Assembly: GCF_009914755.1 (NCBI RefSeq)
Contig: NC_060933.1
Length of the DNA: 64,000 bases
DNA from: the human T2T-CHM13v2.0 reference genome, Homo sapiens
Strand: one strand, 5' to 3'
Made by a program: the position numbers and the translations under genes. Within the stretch, counting starts at the first letter, position 1; each line of letters starts with the position of its first letter. Shown piece by piece: positions 41,501 through 54,000 of this stretch. Below the pieces are notes generated by a model. It was not told the origin of the DNA. It saw only the letters and a program-made list of their open reading frames with translations, and did not search any database.

Positions 41501-44500
41501 CCATTCCGTTCCATTGTACTCGGGTTGATTCCATTCCATTGCATTCCATTCCATTCCATTCCATTCCATTCCATTCCATTCCATTCCATTCCGTTTCATT
41601 CCATTACATTCGGATTGATTCTATTCAACTCCCTTACTCTCCATTACATTCCATTCCATTCGGGTTGTTCCATTCCATTCCATTCCATTCCACTCCATTC
41701 CATTGCACTCGGGTTGATTCCATTCCATTCCATTCCATTCCATTCGATTCCATTCCATTCCAATTCTTTCCATTCCATTCTATTCCGTACCATGCCATTC
41801 CATTCCATACAATTCCATTCCATTCCATTCCACTCATTCCACTCCGTTCCGTTCCGTTCCGTTACGTTCCATTCCGTTCCGTTCCATTCCATTCCATTCC
41901 ATTCTATTCGGGTTAATTCCATTCCATTCCATTCGATTGCAATCGAGTTGATTCCATTCCATTCCATTCCATTCCATTCCATTCCATTCCATTCCTTTCC
42001 ATTCCATTACGGATGATTCCATTCCATTGCATTCCATTCCATTCCATTCCCCTGTACTCGGGTTGATTCCATTCCATTCCATTCCAATCCATGGCATTCC
42101 ACTCGTGTTGATTCCATTCTTTCCATTCCATTCAAGTTGAATCCATTCCATTGCATTCCATTCCATTCGATTCCATTCGATTGCACTCGGGTTGATTCCA
42201 TTCCATTGCATTCCATTCCATTCGATTCCATTCCATTCCATTCCATTCCATTCCATTCCGTTCCATTCCATTCCATTACATTCGGATTGATTCTATTCAA
42301 TTCCGTTACACTCCATTACATTCCATTCCATTCGGGTAGTTTCCATTCCATTCCATTCCATTCCTCTCCATTCCATTGCACTCGGGTTGATTCCATTCCA
42401 TTCCATTCCATTCAATTCCATTCCGTTCCATTCCATTCCATTACATTCGGATTGATTCTATTCAACTCCCTTACTCTCCATTACATTCCATTCCATTCGG
42501 GTTGTTCCATTCCATTCCATTCCATTCCACTCCATTCCATTGCACTCGGGTTTATTCCATTCCATTCCATTCCATTCCATTCCATTCCGTTCCGTTCCAT
42601 TCCATTCCATTCCATTCTATTCGGGTTAATTCCATTCCATTCCATTCCATTCCATTCCAATCGAGTTGATTCCATTCCATTCCATTCCATTCCATTCCAC
42701 TCCATTCCAGTCCTTTCCATTCCATTCCACTCGGGTTGATTCCAATGTATTCCTTTCCATTCCATTCGGTTTGAAGGCATTCCATTCCATTCAATTCCAT
42801 TCCATTCCATTCCATTCCATTCCATTCCATTCCATTCCATTGTACTCGGGTTGATTCCATTCCATTCCATTCCATTCTATTCCATTCCGTTGCATTCCAT
42901 TCCATTACATTCGGACTGATTCTATTCAACTCTCTTACTCTCCATTCCATTCCATTCCATTCGGGTTGTTCCATTCCATTCCATTCCATTCCACTCCATT
43001 CCATTGCACTCGTGTTGATTCCATTCCATTCCATTCCATACCATTCCATTCCATTCCATTCCATTCCATTCCGTTCCATTCCGTTCCATTCCATTCCATT
43101 CCATTGCAATCGAGTTGATTCCATTCCATTCCATTCAATTCCGGATGATTCCATTCCATTGCCTTCAATTCCATTCCATTCCCCTGCACTCGGGTTGATT
43201 CCATTCCATTCCATTCCATTCCATTCCATTCCATTCCATTCCATTCCATTTCATTCCATTCCATTTCGTTCCTTTCCATTCTATTCCGTACCATTCCATT
43301 CCATTCCATTCCATTCCATTCCATTCCATTCCATTCCATGCCATTCCACTCGGGTTGATTCCATTCCTTTCCATTCCATTCGAGTTGAATCCATTCCAAT
43401 CCATTCCATTCCATTCGATTCAATTCCATTGCACACGGGTTCATTCCATTCCATTCCATTCCATTCCATTCCATTTCGTTCCATTCCATTCTACTCCGTA
43501 CCATTCCATTCCATTCCATTCCATTCCATTCCATTCCATTCCATTCCATTCCATTCCACTCCATGCCATTCCACTCGGGTTTATTCCATTCCTTTCCATT
43601 CCATTCGGGTTGAATCCATTCCATTCCATTCCATTCCATTCGATTCCATTACATTGCACTCGGGTTGATTCCATTCCATTCCATTCCATTCCATTCCATT
43701 CCATTTAGTTCCATTCCATTCTATTCCATACCATTCCATTCCATTCCATTCCATTCCACTCCATTCCATGCTATTCCTCTCGGGTTTATTCCATTCCTTT
43801 CCATTCCATTCGGATTGAATCCATTCCTATCCATTCAATTCCATTCCACTCGATTCCATTACATTGCACTCGTGTTGTTTCCATTCCATTCCATTCCATT
43901 CCATTTCATTCTATTCCATTCCATTCCATTCCATTCCATTCCATTCCATTCCATTCCATTCCATTCCATGCCATTCCACTCGGGTTGATTCCATTCCTTT
44001 CCATTCCATTCGAGTTGAAACCATTCCATTCCATTCCATTCCATTCCATTCCATTCCAATCCATTGCACACGGGTTCATTCCATTCCATTCCATTCCATT
44101 CCATTCCATTCCATTTCGTTCCATTCCATTCTATTCCGTAGCATTCCATTCCATTCCATTCCATTCGTTTCCATTCCATTCGGGTTGAATCCATTCCTTT
44201 CCATTCCATTCCGTTCAATTCCATTCCATTGAACTCGGGTTGATTCCATTCCATTCCATGCCATTCCATTTCATTCCGTTCCATTCCATTCCATTACATT
44301 CGGATTGATTCTTTTCAATTCCCTTACACTCCATTCCATTCCATTCCATTCGGGTAGTTTCCGTTCCATTCCATTCCATTCCACTCCATTGCATTGCACT
44401 CTGGTTGATTGATTCCATTCCATTGCATTCCATTCCATTCCATTCCATTCCGGATGAATCCATTCCATTGCATTCCATTCCATTCCATTCCCCTGCACTC

Positions 44501-47500
44501 GGGTTGATTCCATTCCATTCCATTCCGTTCCATTCCATTCCATTCCATTCCATTCTGTTCAGGTTAATTCCATTCCATTCCATTCCATTCCATTCCATTC
44601 CATTCCATTCCATTCCATTCCATTGCAATCGAGTTGTTTCCATTGCATTCCATTCCATTCCATTCCATTGCATTCCATTGCATTCCATTCCCCTGCACTC
44701 AGTTTGATTCCATTCCATTCCATTCCATTCCATTCCATTCCATTCCATTCCGGATGATTCCATTCCATTGCCTTCCATTCCACTCCATTCCCCTGCACTC
44801 GGGTTGATTCCATTCCATTCCATTCCATTCCATTCCATTCCATTCCATTCCATTCCATTCCATTTCGTTCCATTCCACTCTATTCCATTCCATTCCATTC
44901 CATTCCATTCCATTCCATTCCATTCCATTCCATTCTATTCGGGTTAATTTCATTCCATTCCATTCCATTCCATTCCATTCCATTCCATTCCATTCCATTC
45001 CATTGAAATCGAGTTGATTCCATTTCATTCCATTCCATTCCATTCCATTCCATTCCATTCCGTTCCATTCCATTCCATTACATTCGGATTGATTGTATTC
45101 AATTCCCTTAAACTCCATTACATTCCATTCCATTCGGGTTGTTTCCGTTCCATTACATTCCATTCCACTCCATTCCATTGCACTCAGGTTGATTCCATTC
45201 CATTCCATTCCATTCCATTCCATTCCATTTCGTTCCATTCCATTCTATTCCGTACCATTCCATTCCATTCCATTCCATTCCATGCCATTCCACTCGGATT
45301 GATTCCATTCCTTTCCATTCCATTCGGGTTGAATCCATTCCATTCTATTCCATTGCATTCCGTTCCATTCCATTCCCCTGCAATCGGGTGGATTCCATTT
45401 TATTCAATTCCATTCCATTCATTCCATTCCATTCCATTCCATTTCGTTCCATTCCATTCTATTCCGTACCTTTCCATTCCGTTCCATTCCATTCCATTCC
45501 ATGCCATGCCATTCCACTCGGGTTGATTCCATTCCTTTCCATTCCATTCTAGTTGAATCCATTCCATTGCATTCTATTCCATTCGATTCCATTCAATTGC
45601 ACACGGGTTCATTCTATTCCATTCCATTCCATTCCATTCCATTCCATTCCGTTCCATTCCATTCCATTTCGTTCCATTCCATTCTATTCCGTACCATTCC
45701 CTTCCATTCCATTCCATTCCCCTCCGTTCCATGCCATTCCACTCTGGTTTATTCCATTCCTTTCCATTCCATTCGGGTTGAATCCATTCCATTCCATTCC
45801 ATTCCATTAAATTCCATTCCATTCCATTCCATGCCATTCCACTCGGGTTGATTCCATTCCTTTCCATTCCATTCGAGTTGAACCCATTCCATTCCATTCC
45901 ATTCCATTCCATTGCTCACGGGTTCATTCCTTTCCATTCCATTCCATTCCATTCCATTTCGTTCCATTCCATTCTACTCCGTACCATTCCATTCCATTCC
46001 ATTCCCTTCCATGCCATTTCACTCGGGATTATTCCTTTCCTTTCCATTCCATTCGGGTTGAATCCATTCCATTCCATTCCATTGCATTCCATTCCATTCC
46101 ATTCCCCTGTAATCGGGTGGATTCCATTCTATTCCATTGCATTCCATTCCATTCCATTCCATTCCGTTCCATTTCGTTCCATTCCATTCTATTCCGTAAC
46201 TTTCCATACCATTCCATTCCATTCCATTCCATGCCATTCCACTCGGGTTGATTCCATTGCTTTCCATTCCATTTGGGTTGAATCTAATCCATTCCATTCC
46301 ATTCCATTCCATTCCATTCCATTGCACTAGGTTTGATTCCATTTCACTGCATTCCATTCCATTCCATTCCATTCCATTAAATTCCATTCCACTCGGGTTG
46401 ATGCCATTCCTTTCCATTCCATTCGTGTTGAATCCATTCCATTCCATTCCATTACTTTCGATTCCATTCCATTGCACTCGGGTTGAACCCATTCCATTGG
46501 ATTCCATTCCATTCCATTGCATTCCATTCCGTTCCATTCCATTCCATTACATTCGTATTGATTCTGTTCAATTCCCTTACACTCCATTCCATTCCATTCC
46601 ATTCCATTCGGGTTGTTTCCATTCCATTCCATTCCATTCCACTCCATTCCATTGCAATCGGGTTGATTCCATTCCATTCCATTCCATTCCATTCCGTATG
46701 ATTCCATTCCATTGCATTCCATTCCATTCCATTCCCCTGCACTCGGGTGGATTCCATTCTATTCCATTCCATTCCATTCCACTCTATTCCATTCCATTCC
46801 ATTCCATTCCATTCCATTCCATTCCATTCCATTCCATTCTATTTCATTCTATTCGGGTTAATTTCATTCCATTCCATTCCATTCCATTCCATTCCGTTCC
46901 ATTCCATTCCATTCCATTCCATTGAAATCGAGTTGATTCCATTTCATTCCATTCCATTCCATTCCATTCCATTCCATTCCATTGCATTTTATTCCGGTTA
47001 ATTCCGTTCCATTCCATTCCATTCCATTCCCTTCCATTCCATTCCATTCCATTCTATTAGGGTTAATTCCATTCCATTCCATTCCATTACATTCCATTGC
47101 AATCGAGTTGATTCCATTCCATTCCATTCCATTCCATTCTATTCCGGATGATTGCATTCCATTGCCTTCCATTCCATTCCATTCACCTACACTCGGGTTT
47201 ATTCCATTCCATTCCTTTCCATTCCATTCCATTCCATTCCATTCCATTCCATTCTATTAGGGTTAATTCCATTCCATTCCATTCCATTACATTCCATTGC
47301 AATCGAGTTGATTCCATTCCATTCGATTCCATTCCATTGCACACGGGTTCATTCCATTCCATTCCATTCCTTTCCATTCCATTCCATTGCACACGGGTTC
47401 ATTCCATTCCATTCCATTCCATTACATTACATTCCATTTCGTTCCATTCCATTCTATTCCGTACCATTCCATTCCATTCCATTCCATTCCATTCCATTCC

Positions 47501-49901
47501 ACTCCATTCCATGCCATTCCACTCGGGTTTATTCCATTCCTTTCCATTCCATTCGGGTTGAATCCATTCCATTCCATTCCATTCCATTCCATTCCATTCA
47601 ATTCCATTACATAGCACTCGGGTTGATTCCATTGCATTCCATTCCATTCCATTGCATTCCATTCCATTCCATTCCATTCCATTGCATTCCATTCCATGCC
47701 GTTCCACTCGGGTTGATTCCATTCCTTTCCATTCCATTCGAGTTGAACCCATTCCATTCCATTCCATTCCATTCCATTCCATTCCATTCCATTCCATTCT
47801 ATTCGGGTTAATTTCATTCCATTCCATTCCATTCCATTCCATTGCATTCCATTCCATTCCATTGAAATCGAGTTGATTCCATTTCATTCCATTCCATTCC
47901 ATTCCATTCCATTCCATTCCATTGCATTCTATTCCGGTTAATTCCATTCCATTCCATTCCCTTCCATTCCATTCCATTCCATTCTATTAGGGTTAATTCC
48001 ATTCCATTCCATTCCATTACATTCCATTGCAATCGAGTTGATTCCATTCCATTCGATTCCATTCCATTGCACACGGGTTCATTCCATTCCATTCCATTCC
48101 TTTCCATTCCATTCCATTGCACACGGGTTCATTCCATTCCATTCCATTCCATTACATTACATTACATTTCGTTCCATTCCATTCTATTCCGTACCATTCC
48201 ATTCCATTCCATTCCATTCCATTCCATTCCATTCCACTCCATTCCATGCCATTCCACTCGGGTTTATTCCATTCCTTTCCATTCCATTCGGGTTGAATCC
48301 ATTCCATTCCATTCCATTCCATTCCACTCCATTCAATTCCATTACATAGCACTCGGGTTGATTCCATTGCATTCCATTCCATTCCATTGCATTCCATTCC
48401 ATTCCATTCCATTCCATTGCATTCCATTCCATGCCGTTCCACTCGGGTTGATTCCATTCCTTTCCATTCCATTCGAGTTGAACCCATTCCATTCCATTCC
48501 ATTCCATTCCATTCCATTGCAATCGAATTGATTCCATTCCATTCTATTCCATTCCATTCCATTCCATTCCATTGCACTAGGTTTGATTCCATTCCACTGC
48601 ATTCCATTCCATTCCATTCCATTCCATTCCATTCCGTTCCATTCCATTCCATTACATTCGGTTTGATTGTATTCAATTCCCTTACACTCCATTTCATTCC
48701 ATTCCATTCAGGTTGTTTCCATTCCATTCCAATCCATTCCACTCCATTCCATTGCACTCGGGTTGATTGCATTCCATTCCATTCCATTCTACTCCATTTC
48801 GTTCCATTCCATTCTATTCGGTAGCATTCCATTCCATTCCATTCCAATCCATTCCATTCCATGCCATTCCACTTGGGTTGATTCCCTTCCTTTCCAATCC
48901 ATTCGGGTTGAATCCATTCCATTCCATTCCATTCCATTCCATTCCATTCCTTTCAATTCCATTGCACACGGGTTGGTTCCATTCCATTCCTTTCCGTTCC
49001 ATTCCGGATGACTCCATTCCATTGCATTCCATTCCATTCCATTCCCCTGCACTCGGGTTCATTACCTTCCATTCCATTTACTTCCATTCCATTCCATTCC
49101 ATTCTATTCGGGTTAATTCCATTCCATTCCATTGCATTCCATTGCATTGCATTCCATTCCATTCCATTCCATGCCATTCCATTCCATTCCATTGCAATCG
49201 AGTTGATTCCATTCCATTCCATTCAATTCCGGATGATTCCATTCCATTGCCTTCAATTCCATTCCATTCCCCTGCACTCGGTTTGATTCCATTCCATTCC
49301 ATTCCATTCCATTCCATTCCATTCCATTCCATTCCATTTCGTTCCATTCCATTCTATTCCGTACCATTCCATTCTATTCCATTCCATTCCATTCCACTCC
49401 ACTCCATGCCATTCCACTCGGGTTTATTCCATTCCTTTCCATTCCATTCGTGTTGAATCCATTCCATTCCATTCCATTCCATTCGATTCCATTCAATTGC
49501 TCACGTGTTCATTCCATTCCATTCCATTCCATTCCATTCCATTCCATTTCGTTCCATTCCATTCTCTTCCGTAGTATTCCATTCCATTCCATTCCACTCC
49601 ATTCCATGCCATTCCACTCGGGTTTATTCCATTCCTTTCCATTCCATTCGGGTTGAATTCATTCCATTGCATTCCATTCCATTCCATTCAATTCCATTAC
49701 ATTGCACTCGGGTTGATTCCATTCCATTCCTTTCCATTTCAATCCATTCCCTTCCATTCCATTTCATTCCATTGCTTTCCATTCCATTCCATTCCATTCC
49801 ATTCCATGCCATTCCACTCGGGTTGATTCCATTCCTTTCCATTCCATTCTAGTTGAACCCATTCCATTCCATTCCATTCCATTCCATTCCATTGCACACG
49901 G
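41501..49901 (-). repeat. Inverted HSat3 block 1 (~8.4 kb, ATTCC on + strand)
   Basis: Junctions GGAATAAAC-CC-ATTCCGTTCC (41501-41502) and CCATTGCACAC-GG-AATGGAATGG (49900-49901). About 41501-43040 is A/C-type and 43040-49901 is B-type. Confidence 0.97.
47251..48515 (-). repeat. Nested direct duplication inside inverted block, ~730-bp period
   Basis: ATTCTATTAGGGTTAATT..double GCACACGGGTTC..ATTACATAGCACTCGGG..ATGCCGTTCC repeated from 47251 and 47981. The same structure is present 9543 bp downstream. Confidence 0.85.
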
Positions 49902-51033
49902 AATGGAATGGAATGGAAACAACCCGAATGGAATGGAATGTATTGGAGTGTAAGGGAATTGAATACAATCAATCCGAATGTAATGGAATGGAATGGAACG
50001 GAATGGAATGGAATGGAATGCAGCGGAATGGAATCAAACCTAGTGCAATGGAATGAAATGGAATGGAATGGAATGGAATGGAATGGAATGGAATGGAATG
50101 GATTGGATTCAACCCAAATGGAATGGAAAGCAATGGAATCAACCCGAGTGGAATGGCATGGAATGGAATGGAATGGAATGGAATGGAATGGAATGGTACA
50201 GAATAGAATGGAATGGAACGAAATGGAATGGAATGGAATGGAATGGAACGGAATGGAATGGAATCAACTCGATTGCAATGGAATGTAATGGAATGGAATG
50301 GAATGGAATTAACGCGAATAGAATGGAATGGAATGTAATGGAACGGAATGGAATGGAATGGGATGGAATGGAATCAATCTGAGTGCAGGGGAATGGAGTG
50401 GAATGGAATGGAATGGAATGGAACAATCCGAATGGAATGGAATGTAATGGAGAGTAAGGGAGTTGAATAGAATCAATCCGAATGTAATGGAATGGAATGC
50501 AACAGAATGGAATGGAATGGAATGGAATGGAATGGAATGGAATGGAATGCAAAGGAAATTAATCAACCCGAGTGGAATGGCATGGAATGGAATGCAATGG
50601 ATTGGAATGGAATGGAATCAACTCGAGTGGAAAGGAATGGAATGGAATGGAAATGAATGGAATGAACTCAACTCGAGTGGAATGGAATGGAATGGAATGG
50701 ATTGGAATGGATTGCAATGGAATGAACTGGAATGGAATGGAATGGAATCAATCATGGAAGGGAATGTAATGGAGTGGAAAGAAGGGAATGGAATCAACCC
50801 GAGTGGAATGCAAGGCAATGGAATGGAATGGAAAGGAATGGAATGCAATCAACTCGATTGCAATGGAATGGAATGGAATGGAATGGAATGGAGTTAACCG
50901 GAATAGAATGGAATGGAACGGAATGGAATGGAATGGAAGGGAATGGAATCAACACGAGTGCAGGGGAATGGAATGGAATGGAATGCAATTGAATGGAATC
51001 ATCCGGAATGGAATGGAATGGAATGGAATAAAC
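49902..51033 (+). repeat. 1.13-kb forward (GGAAT) island between the two inverted blocks
   Basis: Composite of the right flank (same as 59445-59938) and the left flank (same as 40857-41500), fused at 50390-50395. Confidence 0.95.
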
Positions 51034-54000
51034 CCATTCCGTTCCATTGTACTCGGGTTGATTCCATTCCATTGCATTCCATTCCATTCCATTCCATTCC
51101 ATTCCATTCCATTCCATTCCATTCCGTTTCATTCCATTACATTCGGATTGATTCTATTCAACTCCCTTACTCTCCATTACATTCCATTCCATTCGGGTTG
51201 TTCCATTCCATTCCATTCCATTCCACTCCATTCCATTGCACTCGGGTTGATTCCATTCCATTCCATTCCATTCCATTCGATTCCATTCCATTCCAATTCT
51301 TTCCATTCCATTCTATTCCGTACCATGCCATTCCATTCCATACAATTCCATTCCATTCCATTCCACTCATTCCACTCCGTTCCGTTCCGTTCCGTTACGT
51401 TCCATTCCGTTCCGTTCCATTCCATTCCATTCCATTCTATTCGGGTTAATTCCATTCCATTCCATTCGATTGCAATCGAGTTGATTCCATTCCATTCCAT
51501 TCCATTCCATTCCATTCCATTCCATTCCTTTCCATTCCATTACGGATGATTCCATTCCATTGCATTCCATTCCATTCCATTCCCCTGTACTCGGGTTGAT
51601 TCCATTCCATTCCATTCCAATCCATGGCATTCCACTCGTGTTGATTCCATTCTTTCCATTCCATTCAAGTTGAATCCATTCCATTGCATTCCATTCCATT
51701 CGATTCCATTCGATTGCACTCGGGTTGATTCCATTCCATTGCATTCCATTCCATTCGATTCCATTCCATTCCATTCCATTCCATTCCATTCCGTTCCATT
51801 CCATTCCATTACATTCGGATTGATTCTATTCAATTCCGTTACACTCCATTACATTCCATTCCATTCGGGTAGTTTCCATTCCATTCCATTCCATTCCTCT
51901 CCATTCCATTGCACTCGGGTTGATTCCATTCCATTCCATTCCATTCAATTCCATTCCGTTCCATTCCATTCCATTACATTCGGATTGATTCTATTCAACT
52001 CCCTTACTCTCCATTACATTCCATTCCATTCGGGTTGTTCCATTCCATTCCATTCCATTCCACTCCATTCCATTGCACTCGGGTTTATTCCATTCCATTC
52101 CATTCCATTCCATTCCATTCCGTTCCGTTCCATTCCATTCCATTCCATTCTATTCGGGTTAATTCCATTCCATTCCATTCCATTCCATTCCAATCGAGTT
52201 GATTCCATTCCATTCCATTCCATTCCATTCCACTCCATTCCAGTCCTTTCCATTCCATTCCACTCGGGTTGATTCCAATGTATTCCTTTCCATTCCATTC
52301 GGTTTGAAGGCATTCCATTCCATTCAATTCCATTCCATTCCATTCCATTCCATTCCATTCCATTCCATTCCATTCCATTGTACTCGGGTTGATTCCATTC
52401 CATTCCATTCCATTCTATTCCATTCCGTTGCATTCCATTCCATTACATTCGGACTGATTCTATTCAACTCTCTTACTCTCCATTCCATTCCATTCCATTC
52501 GGGTTGTTCCATTCCATTCCATTCCATTCCACTCCATTCCATTGCACTCGTGTTGATTCCATTCCATTCCATTCCATACCATTCCATTCCATTCCATTCC
52601 ATTCCATTCCGTTCCATTCCGTTCCATTCCATTCCATTCCATTGCAATCGAGTTGATTCCATTCCATTCCATTCAATTCCGGATGATTCCATTCCATTGC
52701 CTTCAATTCCATTCCATTCCCCTGCACTCGGGTTGATTCCATTCCATTCCATTCCATTCCATTCCATTCCATTCCATTCCATTCCATTTCATTCCATTCC
52801 ATTTCGTTCCTTTCCATTCTATTCCGTACCATTCCATTCCATTCCATTCCATTCCATTCCATTCCATTCCATTCCATGCCATTCCACTCGGGTTGATTCC
52901 ATTCCTTTCCATTCCATTCGAGTTGAATCCATTCCAATCCATTCCATTCCATTCGATTCAATTCCATTGCACACGGGTTCATTCCATTCCATTCCATTCC
53001 ATTCCATTCCATTTCGTTCCATTCCATTCTACTCCGTACCATTCCATTCCATTCCATTCCATTCCATTCCATTCCATTCCATTCCATTCCATTCCACTCC
53101 ATGCCATTCCACTCGGGTTTATTCCATTCCTTTCCATTCCATTCGGGTTGAATCCATTCCATTCCATTCCATTCCATTCGATTCCATTACATTGCACTCG
53201 GGTTGATTCCATTCCATTCCATTCCATTCCATTCCATTCCATTTAGTTCCATTCCATTCTATTCCATACCATTCCATTCCATTCCATTCCATTCCACTCC
53301 ATTCCATGCTATTCCTCTCGGGTTTATTCCATTCCTTTCCATTCCATTCGGATTGAATCCATTCCTATCCATTCAATTCCATTCCACTCGATTCCATTAC
53401 ATTGCACTCGTGTTGTTTCCATTCCATTCCATTCCATTCCATTTCATTCTATTCCATTCCATTCCATTCCATTCCATTCCATTCCATTCCATTCCATTCC
53501 ATTCCATGCCATTCCACTCGGGTTGATTCCATTCCTTTCCATTCCATTCGAGTTGAAACCATTCCATTCCATTCCATTCCATTCCATTCCATTCCAATCC
53601 ATTGCACACGGGTTCATTCCATTCCATTCCATTCCATTCCATTCCATTCCATTTCGTTCCATTCCATTCTATTCCGTAGCATTCCATTCCATTCCATTCC
53701 ATTCGTTTCCATTCCATTCGGGTTGAATCCATTCCTTTCCATTCCATTCCGTTCAATTCCATTCCATTGAACTCGGGTTGATTCCATTCCATTCCATGCC
53801 ATTCCATTTCATTCCGTTCCATTCCATTCCATTACATTCGGATTGATTCTTTTCAATTCCCTTACACTCCATTCCATTCCATTCCATTCGGGTAGTTTCC
53901 GTTCCATTCCATTCCATTCCACTCCATTGCATTGCACTCTGGTTGATTGATTCCATTCCATTGCATTCCATTCCATTCCATTCCATTCCGGATGAATCCA

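Larger units (their letters stand above)
40857..50389. repeat. 9.5-kb tandem duplication, copy 1 (9533 bp; contains inverted block)
   Basis: Matches 50390-59932 at offsets 9533, then 9538, then 9543. ORF-track translations are the same in both copies apart from two indel sites. Confidence 0.95.

Noticed and set aside
41255-42016. Chimeric ORFs switching from MEWNG to FHSIP (also 50788-51549, 49739-49972)
   Set aside because: They simply read across the strand-switch points. They are useful as breakpoint markers but are not genes.
41501-49901. Inverted block as a mobile element
   Set aside because: It is entirely satellite sequence, with no terminal repeats, target-site duplication, poly(A) or coding region. 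The second copy includes both flanks, as expected for tandem duplication rather than transposition.
41487-49910. New HSEs created at the inversion junctions
   Set aside because: The GAA-to-TTC gap is 8 nt at the left junction and the TTC-to-GAA gap is 11 nt at the right. Both are one base out of the 5-bp HSE register.
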